Shown: one piece after another, positions 27,204 through 40,222 of the stretch
Layout of the letters: every line of letters starts with the position of its first letter
Numbering within the stretch: the stretch's first letter is position 1
DNA from: Octopus sinensis
Taxonomy: Eukaryota
DNA length: 64,000 nucleotides
Reading direction: 5' to 3'
Assembly (NCBI RefSeq): GCF_006345805.1
Contig: NC_043007.1
Coordinates: 12,276,001-12,340,000, forward strand
Notes under the pieces: model-generated
What the model saw: the letters and a program-made list of their open reading frames with translations, nothing else
Database searches by the model: none
What the model was told of the DNA's origin: nothing
Translations under genes and position numbers: made by a program

Positions 27204-27460
27204 AAACATCTACAAGGCGAGCTGGCAGAAACGTTAGCACCCTGGGCAAAATGCTTAGCAGTATTTCATCTGCCATTACATTCTGAGCTCAAATTCTGCA
27301 GAGGTCGACTTTGCCTCTCATCCTTTTGGGGTAGATAAATTAAGTACCAGTTACGCACTGGAGTCGATGGAATCGACTTAATACCTTTGTCTGTCCTTGT
27401 TTGTCCCCTCTATGCTTAACCCCTTGCGGGCAATAAAGAAATAAAAAACATCTACAAGGC
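27204..27460 (+). mobile_element. SINE family B with 15-bp TSD
   Basis: aaacatctacaaggc at 27204-27218 and 27446-27460. Confidence 0.88.
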
Positions 27461-28440
27461 TGTGGTTGCCTTTATACTACTCTATGGATGTGAAACATGG
27501 ACCCCATATTGCTGGCCTATCAAACAGCTGGAACAGTTTTACACGAGGGCACTGCACAGAATCATGGGCATTCGCTGACAGGACAAAGTGACAAACCCAG
27601 AAGTGCTGTACAGAGCTGGTTCAACAAACATTGAGTCAATGTTGCTGAAGGCTCAATTATGCTGGACTGGACTTGTAATTAGATTAATTGACAACCGTGT
27701 ACCCAGACAACTGTTGTATTGCGAGCTCACACAGGGCTCATTCATTTATTTATTGTTCGGCTGTGGTCGAGACAATGTAATTTAATATGTTACGCCAGAC
27801 TTCACGGTCCATCATAGCATTACGGAGGTCCTTTTGCTGGATGCCTGTATCCCTGGAGATTACATCAGGTTAGGAGAGTGTGCACCCTCTGGTATCGTGA
27901 GCAGATGGCTTCTAGAGGAAAAGAGTAGAAATTACCTCGTTTTCAGCTCTACAACAATGTCCAGCAAACTGGGCTCTTTTACCTTTCACGAGATGATACA
28001 GGTGCTAGTTTCCCATATATTTGTACTTTGGTTGGATGACGCTTCCACGAGAGATTTTGAGCTCTCATAAGGAGGCTGAGTGTAAGTTCCATCCAACTGC
28101 CTCTCAAGCTTCTTTGATAACGTCCAGGTTTCTGAGACATGTAAGAAGGTCTAAACTAAGGTACAAGGACACCCTGAAAAGTAACCACAAGTCCACTTGA
28201 ACTTGAAGCATCTGCCACAGACAGATTAGCATGGAAGTTTCTCACCTCATGAGCAGTAGCTGCCTTTGAAGAGAATCAGTGACAGCATCTGGCGGCTGCA
28301 AGAGAAAGACATCACAGGGCAGCGTCCACCTCAATCCATTCAACAGATTATTGTTGTGACACATGTGGGCACCTTTGGTTCCAGCTTTGAACTATGGAAC
28401 CACATGTGACTCTTATTGCTAAGAACACAAATTTAGTCAT
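27450..28440 (+). mobile_element. Decayed RTE/BovB-like LINE fragment, interrupted
   Basis: YKAVVAFILLYGCETWTPY...QDKVTNPEVLYRAG...RVPRQLLYCELTQG, resuming at about 28140 with RSKLRYKDTLKSN; in-frame stops. Confidence 0.8.
27741..28140 (-). mobile_element. Second RTE-type LINE 3' fragment nested in antisense
   Basis: LLMRAQNLSWKRHPTKVQIYGKL...QFAGHCCRA...DLRNAMMDREVWR on the minus strand, with a TAAA/TGAA tail. Confidence 0.7.
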
Positions 28441-29504
28441 CATCAGACAATGATGGATAACCGACATATATACACATAATGTGGGTGAATAGTCACAATG
28501 GAGTTGACGAAACAATTGTCAACCATGAAATAAAAATAAGCATTCAAGCATGGTCGATGCCAGTACTGCTTGACTGGCCCTCGTGTGAGTGGCACATAAA
28601 AAGCATCCACTACACTCTTGCAGTGGTTGGCATTAGGAAAGGCATCCAGCTGTAGAAACTTTGCCACATCAAATTGGAGCCTGGTGCAGCCTTCTGGCTT
28701 GCCAATCCTCAGTCAAACCGTCCAACCCATGCCAGCATGGAAAGCAGACGTTAAACAACGATGATGATGATGATGATGATATGTATGTGTGTCTTTGTGT
28801 TTGTCCCCAACACCACTTGACAACCGGTGTTGGTTTGTTTACATCCACTGTAACTTAGCAGTTCAGCAAAAGAGAAACCAACAGAATAAGTAAGTAGCAG
28901 ACATAAAAGTACCAGAATAAACCTTTCGAGTCAGTGCCCCAGCATGGCCACGGTCCAATGACTAAATACAAGTAAAAGATAAAAGATATGATAAACAGAT
29001 ATCAAATTATATCATTTATTTAAATGAGCAGAGGCTGGCACAAGAGTTTATCAGTGGAATACAATCAGAACTTATCATTTGGACATCCTATGCTGACTGC
29101 TTCATTTCCATCAAGAAATAAGAAATTCTTGAAATTAAGTCTCGTATCTGATAAACTCATGAAACTACATTTCTCTTATTTATTATTTTTTCTGGTTCTT
29201 CAATTTTTCTTTCATCAATTTATCTCCAAAAATAGCATAATTTTTGACTTCATTCTGTATTTTAAGCTTCTTTATCACCAGAAAAGCATGTATGTAATTA
29301 TAACCGAGGCATTTCACTTAAGCCCTTTTGTTCCAAGTTGTATGTGACACAAATACTACAGATAAGATGGCAGGTCGTACATTCTTTTAAAAACAGTTTA
29401 AAGATAACCTGCATTGAATTTTTGTATTGGGTTTGTAAGATTCTTAATGTGAATTTATATGTTGAAGCACATTTTGTTAAGTCTTCAGAGAGCTATGATG
29501 CCAA

Positions 29505-30261
29505 TAATAGCAAAACATTTTTTTCTTCCTGCCTTTAACCCTCCAACGCGGAGTATAGGCCACTTATAGTTGAATTCCATGTCGCATAATTTTTCACTTC
29601 TGTACTTATACTCTGCCATGAATGTCCCCCTTTCTCTAGTTCCATCTGTGTTGATCTTCACCACGAGTTCTTAGGCCTACCTCTCCTTCTACATCCATCT
29701 GGTTTCCACTGTAAAGTACTTTTCTCTACATTTGGTGTGTCTTTTCTAATTTTGCTACCAATCCACTTCCACTTTTTCTTAAATATTTGCTCCCTAATCG
29801 AAACTTGATTTGTTCTTTGCCATAGCTCCATATTGCTTATGTGTTCGGGCCATCTAATTTTAAGTATACTACGCAAGCATCTGTTGATGAATGATTGTAT
29901 TTGCTTATTTGACTTAACTGTTGTTCACCATGTCTCAGCCCCATACAATAACACCGCTTTTACGCTAGTGTTAAAAATTAGAAGCAATAGCTGCCAAACT
30001 AGGATTGAAAGTCAACCGCGACAAATCAGAAATTATGCGCATTAATGAAGAAAACAGAGTACGCATTAAAGTCGAAACCGGTGAATTAGAGGATGTAGCC
30101 GAGTTTACGTATTTAGGTAGTAAGATAACATTTTCAGGCAGCACAGACGAAGATATTAAACGAGAATAAGTAAGGCAAGGACCGCTTTTCACCTGTTAAA
30201 TAAAGTATGGAGCACATTTGTTTCAATAAAGAACAAAATAAGAATTTTTAATAGCAAAACA
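29505..30261 (-). mobile_element. 5'-inverted RTE LINE insertion with 13-bp TSD
   Basis: TSD taatagcaaaaca at 29505-29517 and 30249-30261; 3' part on minus (IFNTSVKAVLLYGAETW...RRRGRPKNSW), upstream part on plus (KLGLKVNRDKSEIM...EFTYLGSKI...KIRIFN). Confidence 0.88.
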
Positions 30262-30267
30262 ACTCCT

Positions 30268-30712
30268 AGGCGTAGGAGTGGCTGTGTGCTAAGTAGCTTG
30301 CTTAACAACCACATGGTTCTGGGTTCAATCCCACTGCGTGGCACCTTGGGCAAGTGTCTTCTACTATAGCCTCAGGCTGACCAAAGCCTTGTGAGTGGAT
30401 TTGGTAGACGGAAACTGAAAGAAGCTCGTCGTATATATGTATATATGTGTGTGTGTGTGTATATGTTTGTCCCCCCAACATCGCTTGACAACCGATCTAT
30501 ATATATATGTTTGTGTGTCTGTGTTTGTCCCCACCAACATCGCTTGACAACCGATGCTGGTGTGTTTACACCCCGTAACTTAGCAGTTCAGCGAAAGAGA
30601 CCGATAGAATAAGTACTAGGTTTACGAAGAATAAATCCTGGGGTCAATTTGCTCGACTAAAGGTGGTGCTCCAGCATGGCCACAGTGAAATGACTGAAAC
30701 AAGCAAAAGAGC
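30268..30712 (+). mobile_element. SINE family A with internal duplication
   Basis: GTTTGTCCC..CAACATCGCTTGACAACCGAT segment present twice. Confidence 0.85.
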
Positions 30713-32390
30713 AAACAACCAATTGATTGTTTAATTAGCATATTAAACAAACGATCCGTCAGTCAGTTGGTTAGATACTTAACCAATTGACTAACAACAA
30801 AGAAATGGAACTGAACCTGGGCATGTGTTGTTATTCCTCCTCTTCATCATCTTCATCATCATCATCATCATTTAGCGTTCATTGTCCATGTTGGCATGGG
30901 TTGGACGATTCGACCAGGGCTGGTAACCTGAGGGGCTGCACCAGACCCCAGTCTGATTTGGTATGGTTTCTATGGCTGAATGCCCTTCCTAACGCCAATT
31001 GGAACTTGTGAGTGTAATGGGTGCTTTTATGTGCCACAAGCAATGGTGCTACTTGTGTGACACCAGTTCTGCGTTGACTATGATTTCACTTCGCTTGATG
31101 GGTTTGTAGAATGTGAATGACACGGAATAATACATCATCATCATTCAGTGTCTATTTTCCATGCTGGCATGGGTTGAATGGCTTGACAGGAACTGGCGAG
31201 GCCAGGTTCCATAATAATCTGTTTTGGATTGGTTTCTGCAGCTGGATGCCCTTCCTAACACCAACCAATTTACGGAGTGTACTGGGTGCTTTTACATGGC
31301 ACCATTATCAGTGCTTTTCATGTGGCACCCACACCAATGCTTTTTACATATCACTTTGATTATTATTGGTTATCATTGGCACGATGGCTCTCCCAAGACA
31401 TAACAAAAACATCACTGAATCATCATCATCATTTAATGTCCGTTTTCCATGCTGGCATAGGTTGGATGGCTTGACTAAGGCCTGGAGAGCCAGTGGCTGC
31501 ACCAGGTTCCAATCTGATCAGGCAATGTTTCTACAGCTGGATACCCCTCCTAGTGCCAACCACTCTGAGAGTGTAGTGGTTGCTTTTTACATGCTACCAG
31601 CACAGGAGCCAGTCAGGTGGACTTGGCATCAACCACATTTGGATAGTGCTTTTTACATGCCACAGGCACGGGAACCAGTCAGGGGGCACTGGCCACAGCT
31701 ACAATTTTGGTTTTACTTGACTCAACAGGTTTTCTCAAGCTTACCATATCACCCAATGCATCAAGGGTACTTTTAAATGGGCCAGAAATGCAACACTGGC
31801 ATCCTGACAGTTAAATAGTTAGTATCATATTTAGTGGGGGGGTGGAGGGAAAATAGGGTCTTATAATAGGACACTGCTATCGAGCTAGAAGAATACTATT
31901 GAGCAAGAGTAATTGAATAATAGATTGTATAGGAGTTATTATCAACCCAACACATGCCAAAGGAAATATATAATGTACATGCTAAGCCATATATAATATA
32001 TATATACATATATATATACATATATATATACATACATATATATATACATACATATATATATACATACATATATATATACATACATATATATATATATATA
32101 TCTCACACGCCTACACACAGACGCACACACTAACATATACATATATTTTTTGTTTTTTTATCTCGCCTCACACACACATACACACACGCACACGCACACA
32201 CTCACACATACACACACATCTGTTGCGTTACCAACCCTGTCTCCACTCTTTTGGCTTTAAAAACCTACTTTGCTCTTGTTATCGTAAACTTCCGCCTTTC
32301 ACCATGTGTACTTCGTAAACACCAGTCGTTTTTTTTTTTCTCCCGCTGTTTGCCCACCTCGGGATCTTTCTTTCCTCTCTCTTCCATCTT

Positions 32391-32430
32391 TATGTTTCCG
32401 ACGAAGAGCTCCGCTCGAAACGTCATACCT
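32391..32430 (+). ncRNA. Minimal hammerhead-ribozyme-like motif (U4C variant) in a Penelope-like remnant
   Basis: gttt CCGACGA A GAGC tcc GCTC GAAAC GTC atac. Confidence 0.55.
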
Positions 32431-32929
32431 TCCTGCTTCCATCTTTCCTGAGCGCCTATTAATAATAATACTGTAATTGTTCCACGTGTTGTTGTTTTTT
32501 CTGTTTTCCCGTTTGGATTAAAATTATATATATATATATATTATATATATATATATATATATACACATTTATATAAATAAGGATAAGATCGTTTTTTTAA
32601 ATACCGATCATATCAACTGGCTAGCATGGGAATAAAAGCTAGAAATCCAAGATCTGGAATTATCCAAATAATTTTTTGCTTGTTTATTTTGTCTCTTTGT
32701 CTTTTCTCTTAGTGCTGAATGAATATTTGATGTAGTTTTAGAGTCAAGTTTTGACTACTATCTCTAGCAAGATGGTATATTTTAGATACCCTTAATTATA
32801 ATTATATATATATATATTATACATTTAAGTTTTAACATTGTAGCCCACTTCTGTTGTTTACAGCAGTGCTTGGAAGGAACATGTGTAGGGTGTGACTGTG
32901 GCATTGAACATGATAAAGAAAGTTGTCAT

Positions 32930-33217
32930 GGTGATATCAGCTCAGAGGCCAACGTAAAGTTGCAGAAAGTGTATGGAGAGGAGTGTATGAGCCGCACACA
33001 AGTGTACGAGCAGTTCAGACATTTCCAAGATGGCCAAAAATATGTTCATATTGACGGACGTTCTGGGAGACCCGCAACCAGCAGAACTGAGAAAAACATT
33101 GCAGATGTGCATGCAGCTGTGAGGGGAAACCATCAAATCACCATCTGTGAGTTATCAGAGCAGATTACTTACAGTTCAGTTCAGTCCATTATTACTGAAG
33201 ATTTGGGTATGAGACGT
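32930..33217 (+). pseudogene. Mariner transposase N-terminal (HTH) fragment
   Basis: LQKVYGEECMSRTQVYEQFRHFQDG...DGRSGRPATSRTEKNI...ITICELSEQ...SVQSIITEDLGMRR. Confidence 0.85.
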
Positions 33218-33511
33218 GCTAACAATTCTGCCAGTTGTAATATAATGCCTCTCTAACCCATGCTACCATGGAAAAGCAACTGTAAAAAGTTACACATAAA
33301 AAAGGAGACTTCTATCAGTTGACTGTGCATCTGCATGTTTATGCAGAGGCCTGAACAAGAATTTTTTGGCTGCTTCCCATATATTTAATTCTGTCTTCTC
33401 CATGCTACTGGAGAGAAAAATAGCTAACTTGAGCCAAAAAAGGCTTGGTGGCAGTGTACTTGCAAGTTCTACTGTCAGAGAGCAAAGAACCAGAACTGCT
33501 CTTTGTATGAA

Positions 33512-33578
<67 letters not shown>

Positions 33579-34570
33579 ACCAGTTTTGCCGTTGGGTCTG
33601 ACACTCTATCGACACCAAATAGATATCAATAAGCATCACTGTCAAATATATCAACAAGTACTGGGGTCAACACACAGACACACACACACACACTGGAACT
33701 AGATTGGACACATCCTCAGTTAAGATCAGGAAAGTGGTTGTATCATGGCACTAAAGTTACAGTCTGAGGAGAAAAGAGCAGTGTGGTACCTAAAACCACA
33801 TGGTGAAGGACCATTGACAAGAAAAGGCAACAAAAAGGACTGAGAAACTGAAATGAGCCCAGATCAGTGACAAAAAACTGTGTGTGTGTGTGTGTACTTG
33901 TATGTGCATGTGTGTGTAGTTAGTAAATGTCCTGGGTAAGACTTTCACCTGCATCTAGTGGTGGGGCCCTAGTTCAGGAATTCCTGAGTATTGAAGAGTG
34001 TGGATCCACTTCTTAGTCATTACCACCCCCAGGTCTACTCTGACCTGGTCAGGGTCCCAGCTAAGGGTAAATTAGCAAATTATGGATGAAATTCCAAGCA
34101 CAAACCCTCACTACCTAGTAACTGCATTGGGAAAGAGAAAAAAAATCTAGGAAAGGTGACCTCAACAGCAAATCAAGGAGCGAAGTTCCTCAGGCAGTTT
34201 GATACCTTCTTTGACACCCTTCCAGCAACTCCAGGGTAGGTGGAGCTCTCCAGCCCTGTAAGGCAATTCATCTAGGTGACGACCACTCCAATGGAAAACC
34301 TACATATTGTTGATCACTGTAACCATCTTAGCCCGCTGAGCCTCTGAGCCACTGAGGTTACACATCCAAGTCTAAAGGCTTGGGACTAGATTGCATAGAC
34401 TGGTTCTCACTTGAAAACTACCAAGTGAAAACTAAAAGAAATGCCTCACAGCATCAAGGGTCAGTTTAGATGACCACTCAAGGACGTATGGACATGCCAC
34501 AGTTCCTCATGGTCTTTAAACACAAAGAAGCTGCCATCATCAATAATAGAGCTTGTATATTCAATCAAAC

Positions 34571-34952
34571 GGAGGCACAATGGCCCAGTGGTTAGGGCAG
34601 CGGACTCGCGGTCGTAGGATCGCGGTTTCGATTCCCAGACCGGGCGTTGTGAGTGTTTATTGAGCGAAAACACCTAAAGCTCCACGAGGCTCCGGCAGGG
34701 ATGGTGGTGATCCCTGCTGTACTCTTTCACCACAACTTTCTCTCACTCTTACTTCCTGTTTCTGTTGTACCTGTATTTCAAAGGGCCGGCCTTGTCACTC
34801 TCTGTGTCACGCTGAATATCCCCGAGAACTACGTTAAGGGTACACGTGTCTGTGGAGTGCTCAGCCACTTACATGTTAATTTCACGAGCAGGCTGTTCTG
34901 TTGATCGGATCAACCGGAACCCTCGTCGTCGTAACCGACGGAGTTCTTCCAC
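34571..34952 (+). mobile_element. SINE family D (tail type 3) with 9-bp TSD
   Basis: tcaatcaaa at 34561-34569 and 34953-34961; tail shared with the family E copy at 36865-37197. Confidence 0.85.
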
Positions 34953-35107
34953 TCAATCAAAGCTGAGATTTCTTTCTGTTCCTGCTTAAGAAGGAAAATA
35001 AAAAGGAGCATAAGAGGAATCAGCTGTAATATGCAAGGGAAGGAAACTGCATTGATATGGTGATGTCAAGATATCCATGAAGGAAGACACTTAAAAAAAA
35101 TTTTCTT

Positions 35108-35428
35108 CATCATCATTATTTAATATCCGTTGTCCATGCTGGCATGGGTTGAACAGCTTGACAAGGGCTGGCAAGCTGGATGGCAGCACCAGGTTCCAGT
35201 TTGATTTGGCATGGTATCTACGACTGGATGCCCTTCCTAAGACCAACCACTTTGAAAGTGTAATGGATGCTTCTATGTGCCACCAGCATGAGTGACATTT
35301 GCGTGACACCAGTATCTGCCATGACTGCAATTTTATTCGGCTTGATGGGTTTTCTCAAGCACAGCATAATTCCAAAGGTTTTGGTCATTCGTCATTGTCT
35401 CTGTGAGGTCCAAAACTTGAAAGATGCT
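35108..35428 (-). mobile_element. RTE ORF end contiguous with the family C 3' UTR
   Basis: DLTETMTNDQNLWNYAVLEKTHQAE* runs directly into the family C core and (GAT)n tail. Confidence 0.8.
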
Positions 35429-35559
35429 TTTTGTTTTGTTCTTGCTTTTTTTATATCCTTTTTCTTTCAGTTTGGAGAGATGCCAATGCTCAAGACCCTT
35501 CATAGAGCTTTTGAGACTTGCAGGAGGGAGGGAGGTCTCTTCAAACTGAAGACCAGACT

Positions 35560-35955
35560 CAAATGTTTGCAACAGAATGAGGGCCATTAAGGGCACCTAT
35601 GGAAAAACAATGGAGAATTTTCAGTTTACAATGCTTAAGTAGAATACTTGTCATCGAGTGGCAGCAAAGAGTCTGAAGTAACACAATTGAGATGACGAGG
35701 GGCATCAAGAGGATCGGTGAGGAAATATGATGCAGACACTGGAACTGGATTGGACACATCCTCAGATAAGATCAGGAAAGTGGTTGTATCGTGGCACTAA
35801 AGTGACAGTCTGAGGAGAAAAGAGCAGCGTGGCACCTAAAAGCACATGGTGAAGGACCATTGGCAACAAAAAGGTCTGAGAAACTGAAATGAGACCAGAC
35901 CAGTGACAAAAAACAGAGCTGGTTGGAGAGATCATGTTACAGCCTTATATGTCTT
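35560..35955 (+). mobile_element. Decayed RTE LINE fragment
   Basis: RHWNWIGHILR...PKSTW*RT motif; stops and frameshifts. Confidence 0.65.
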
Positions 35956-35958
35956 TTA

Positions 35959-36618
35959 AAGAGGTTCTCAAACTTTTTGAGCCACTGCCTCCCCACCGCT
36001 CATGGCCACATAATACCCTCATTTTTATGTATAAATAAATATTTTATATTTTACTAATTTATACATACTATGAGTCATTCGATATTGAATATAATCTCTA
36101 TATATATAAACGGCAAAAATGTGTGTGTGTGTTTGTCTTTATACAAATCGCACTTTCTATGGTCATTCACAACCGTCCAAGGATGGTCGTGCACATCTTT
36201 ACATTTCCCCAGTCACCCCGCAAAGCCACCAAAAAATCAATAGAAGTGACTTTTTTGTGAATTTTCTATCCAAAACCCAATCAAAATGCCCGAAACTTGA
36301 TATGCCAATTGAATGCCAGCTAGCTGTATGTGATTGGTCGGAAATTTGGACAGTACTCATGTGTATGTGCGCACGCACGCAGCAGTATATGCATGCACTA
36401 GCAGTATGACCCGGCAACACTGGGTCATAGTGCTAGTATTATATAAGTTGTATACAATACTATAATAATATCATAATAAATTCATAGTGTCCCCCAATTC
36501 ACTGCCTTCCTCCCAATGCCTCCTTTTTCTCTAACTCCCCCCCCCCTTAGGCACCAGCGCCCACCTGGACCATCTCAATGCCCACAGGGGGCGGTAGCAC
36601 CCACTTTGAAGACCTATG
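35959..36618. mobile_element. hAT (Charlie-like) MITE containing a Helitron
   Basis: AGAGGTTCTCAAAC left end, GGGGGCGGTAGCACCCACTTTGAAGACCTATG right end. Confidence 0.55.
36095..36436 (+). mobile_element. Non-autonomous Helitron, second family
   Basis: a|TCTCTATATATATAAAC...TATGACCC-ggcaacact-GGGTCATA hairpin...CTAG|t. Confidence 0.75.
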
Positions 36619-36864
36619 GTTTAGAGAGAACTAACTAACTAAGGTGCCAATTAGAAGTATTAAACCAGGTGATAGATTAAGTCTACTTCTCAAGGAAGTT
36701 GTGACAAGATTTGAACTCAGGATTTGAACGACTTATCTTTGCAGGTGGGAGTCTTGGCAGTGTTGTGCAAGCTGTTATTGACTTTAAACTTCAGCACAGG
36801 CATTGCTGACACTGCCTTAACATCTAGGAGAAGATAATCTGTCAGTGATGGTTCAACTCATCTA

Positions 36865-37197
36865 TTTAAAAAGGAGCAATCTGTCGGTTATGACAACAAG
36901 GGTTCCAGCTGATATGATCAACAGAACATCTTGCTTGTGAAATTAATGTGCAAGTGGCTGAGTACTCCACAGACACGTGTGCCTTTAATGTGGTTCTCAG
37001 GGAGATTCAGCATGACACAGAGTGTGACAAGGCTGGCCCTTTGAAATACAGGGACTACTCATTTTTGCCAGCTGAGTGGACTGGAGCAGTGTGAAATAAA
37101 GTGTCTTGCTCAAGGAGACAACGTGCCACCGGGAATTGAACTCATGACCTTACGATCGTAAACCAAAAGCCCTAACCACTAAGTTACATGCCTTCAC
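36865..37197 (-). mobile_element. CORE-like SINE (family E head, type 3 tail)
   Basis: E-type head and CORE-like domain joined to the CCTGTATTTCAAAGGGCC...AACCGAC tail. Confidence 0.75.
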
Positions 37198-37436
37198 GCT
37201 CACCTATAAGTTGATAGCTACCACATGTATATGTGTGTGTGCACTGAATCTCCTGCGTGTTAACATGGGATCCCTTGACGACAATGTAAACCTTATTTCA
37301 TTAAGATGTCTTTGGCCCAACAGGTAGCTAGCGGATCACCTCTCGCTTGGGCAATCACTACTTCTGAGGTTCTTTTAACTAAGGAACATATGTAGCCTGG
37401 ATTTTACCTGCTCCATTCCCTAATTTTAGATTTTTA

Positions 37437-38194
37437 CTAGCAGTATCGCCCGGCATTGCTCGGGTTTGTTGCGACCCTTTAGAATTGGAATTTTTGAAAA
37501 GTAAAAATTTTGAATTATGTAGCTTGTTATTCTCTTTAAGTGAACATTTTTCTGGTTGAAATACACCGAAAAATGGCGACACAGCAGTAAAAAAAATCGT
37601 AAAAAAATAGGGATTTTCATAGAAAAAAAGTACCTTTTTGATGTAAATAATTTTTGGTGCTAACATGGTCCGATTTGAATTTTTTCTTCTATGGAAGGAA
37701 GAGCAAGCCTTCTTCTATCATAATCTCAATTTTGGTCAACTTGTGCCACAGGGTCTCGGAGGAGATAGTGTTAGTTGAAGGCTACAAAACCTGCCATACA
37801 CAGACAACTTCAGCTTTATATAGAGAGAGATCATTTTTGGTGTTAACATGGTCCGATTTGAATTTTTTCTTCTATGGAAGGAAGAGCAAGCCTTCTTCTA
37901 TCATACTCTCAATATTGGTCAACTTGCGCCGCAGGGTCTCGGAGGAGATAGTGTTAGTTGAAGGCTACCAAACCTGCCATACACAGACAACTTCAGCTTT
38001 ATATAGAGAGAGATCATTTTTGGTGTTAACATGGTCCGATTTGAATTTTTTCTTCTACGGAAGGAAGAGCAAGCCTTCTTCTATCATACTCTCAATTTTG
38101 GTCAACTTGCGCTGCAGGGTCTCAGAGGAGATAGTGTTAGTTGAAGGCTACCGAACCTGCCATACACAGACAACTTCAGCTTTATATATAGAGC
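37437..38194 (-). mobile_element. Helitron with a triplicated 183-bp 5' segment
   Basis: Single CTAG end at 37437; units in register at 37651, 37834 and 38017. Confidence 0.85.
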
Positions 38195-38447
38195 GATTTG
38201 CATCCCCACAGCAAACCCAGCTGCTAACCATAAGCTATAAAACAATTTTTTCAGTTTATGGGGGAAATTTACAATTTTCTACGCCAATAAACTCCTATTG
38301 TTCCTGAAAGTTGTTTTTTTTTTTCTTTTATACCTTCTACAGACTGCTTAAAGTTTACTAACTTCCTACACCTTGATCCTTGGACCTTACCTCTTCATAT
38401 ACATGTGTGTATGTGTGTGTGCACATGAAGAACTTGTTTCAGGTTCT

Positions 38448-38678
38448 TATTTCTTTATTACCCACAAGGGGCTAAACACAGAGAGGACAAACAAGGACAG
38501 ACAGACGGATTAAGTCGATTATATCGACCCCAGTGCGTAAGTGGTACTTAATTTATCGACCCCGAAAGGATGAAAGGCAAAGTCGACCTCGGTGGAATTT
38601 GAACTCAGAACGTAACGGCAGACGAAATACCGCTAAGCATTTTGCTCGGTGTGCTAACGTTTCTGCCAGCTCACCGCT
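38448..38678 (-). mobile_element. SINE family B monomer
   Basis: Full head-to-tail match. Confidence 0.85.
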
Positions 38679-38814
38679 GTGAATAACCTTTCACAGAATT
38701 AACATGTTCACGCAGAACGTACTCTGTACTCCGCCAAATGTAAGTACGATATTAAACTAACACGGTAATCCAATACAAATGACCAATCCTGGCAATTGCT
38801 GGCAGTTCGCACAG

Positions 38815-39008
38815 TCTCTTTTAATTGTTTCAGTCATCTGACTGTGGCCATGCTGGAGCACTGCCTTCAGTCAAGCAAATCGACCTCAGGACTTATTCTT
38901 TTTAAGCCTAGTACTTATTCCATCAGTCTCTTTTGCCAAACCACTAAGTTACGGGGACGTAAACACACCAGCATCGGTTGTCAAGCGATGTTGGGGGGAC
39001 AAACACAG

Positions 39009-39043
<35 letters not shown>

Positions 39044-39211
39044 CATATATACGACAGACTTCTTTCAGTTTCTCTCTACCAAATCCACTCACAAGGCTTT
39101 GGTCAGCCCGAGGCTATAGTAGAAGACACTTGCCCAAGGTGCCACACAGTGGGACTGAACCCGGAACCATGTGGTTCGTAAGCAAGCTACTTACCACACA
39201 GCCACTCCTGC
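38815..39211 (-). mobile_element. SINE family A
   Basis: Full-length match. Confidence 0.85.
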
Positions 39212-40074
39212 AACTATAGCCTCCTTTATCTTATTGAAATGGGTCAGTCCAATTTTGGCTACATGGTGGGGGGGGTGTCAGGATCCTTCCACAACAGTTT
39301 CTATGCAGCAAAGGTTAAAGAATGCCAACAGAAAATTAAAGGTGTATTATAATACAAGAAAGGAATGCTTCTAAATTGTGAAATATTGGTGAAATAGTTA
39401 AGAATCATTCATGAAATTAGCAACTAAATTACGAGTTGAAGCATAAACCTCATAAATATATATGTTTCAATTTGATGTGGTTTTAAAAGCAATAGCCATT
39501 CTCTATAGAAACAGCATATTTTAAAACTAATTAAATCTCATCAGATAACATCTAAATAGTTATTATTGATGACAAAATCGGAATATACAATTTGATGTGC
39601 AATGAAATTAGAAATGTCATCCAATTCAACAGAGCACCAATATACGATAAACCCAGGAACTATTCTTACTAGTCTAAAGAATTTGTCTGACGGAGTTCTT
39701 GCTACAAATTAACTTTCGGTTGATGTCTTATTTGATATGGTAGATAAAGACAAACAACTATTAAAATTTCTTGTTATTACTCTCAAGAGACCACCTGTGT
39801 TTTTCTCGTCATCATTGTGGTAACAGTTAATTTTCCATGTTAGCATGCGGGAAATTTGGCTGCTATTCGGTTGTCCAGAAAGTTCGTGCCAACCTTACGA
39901 TCATGAGTTCAACACCCTAACCACTAAGTCACGCGCCTCCACCTGTCATGGGAAAATATCGCCTTGTTTGGAAACAGGTGAGGGTTGACAACAAGAAATG
40001 CATCCAGCCAAAGAAAATCCACCTCAGTAAAAAAACTGTTCAATCCATTCGAACATGGAAAAGTAGACATTAAA

Positions 40075-40106
<32 letters not shown>

Positions 40107-40222
40107 ATTGCAAATCAAATCTCATAAATGAAGAAAGAGAGGAGATGTGGATTCTATAAAATGCATCGGTCCATCAGTCCATATTCTCTAACAAAGGTTG
40201 GTATAGTCCCTTTGTTGCTATG

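Noticed and set aside
34571-34645. Functional tRNA genes at SINE heads
   Set aside because: A/B boxes are present but there is no complete cloverleaf, and they continue into repeat bodies
37654-38307. 217-aa ORF with a 61-aa repeat
   Set aside because: Antisense reading of the triplicated 183-bp Helitron end
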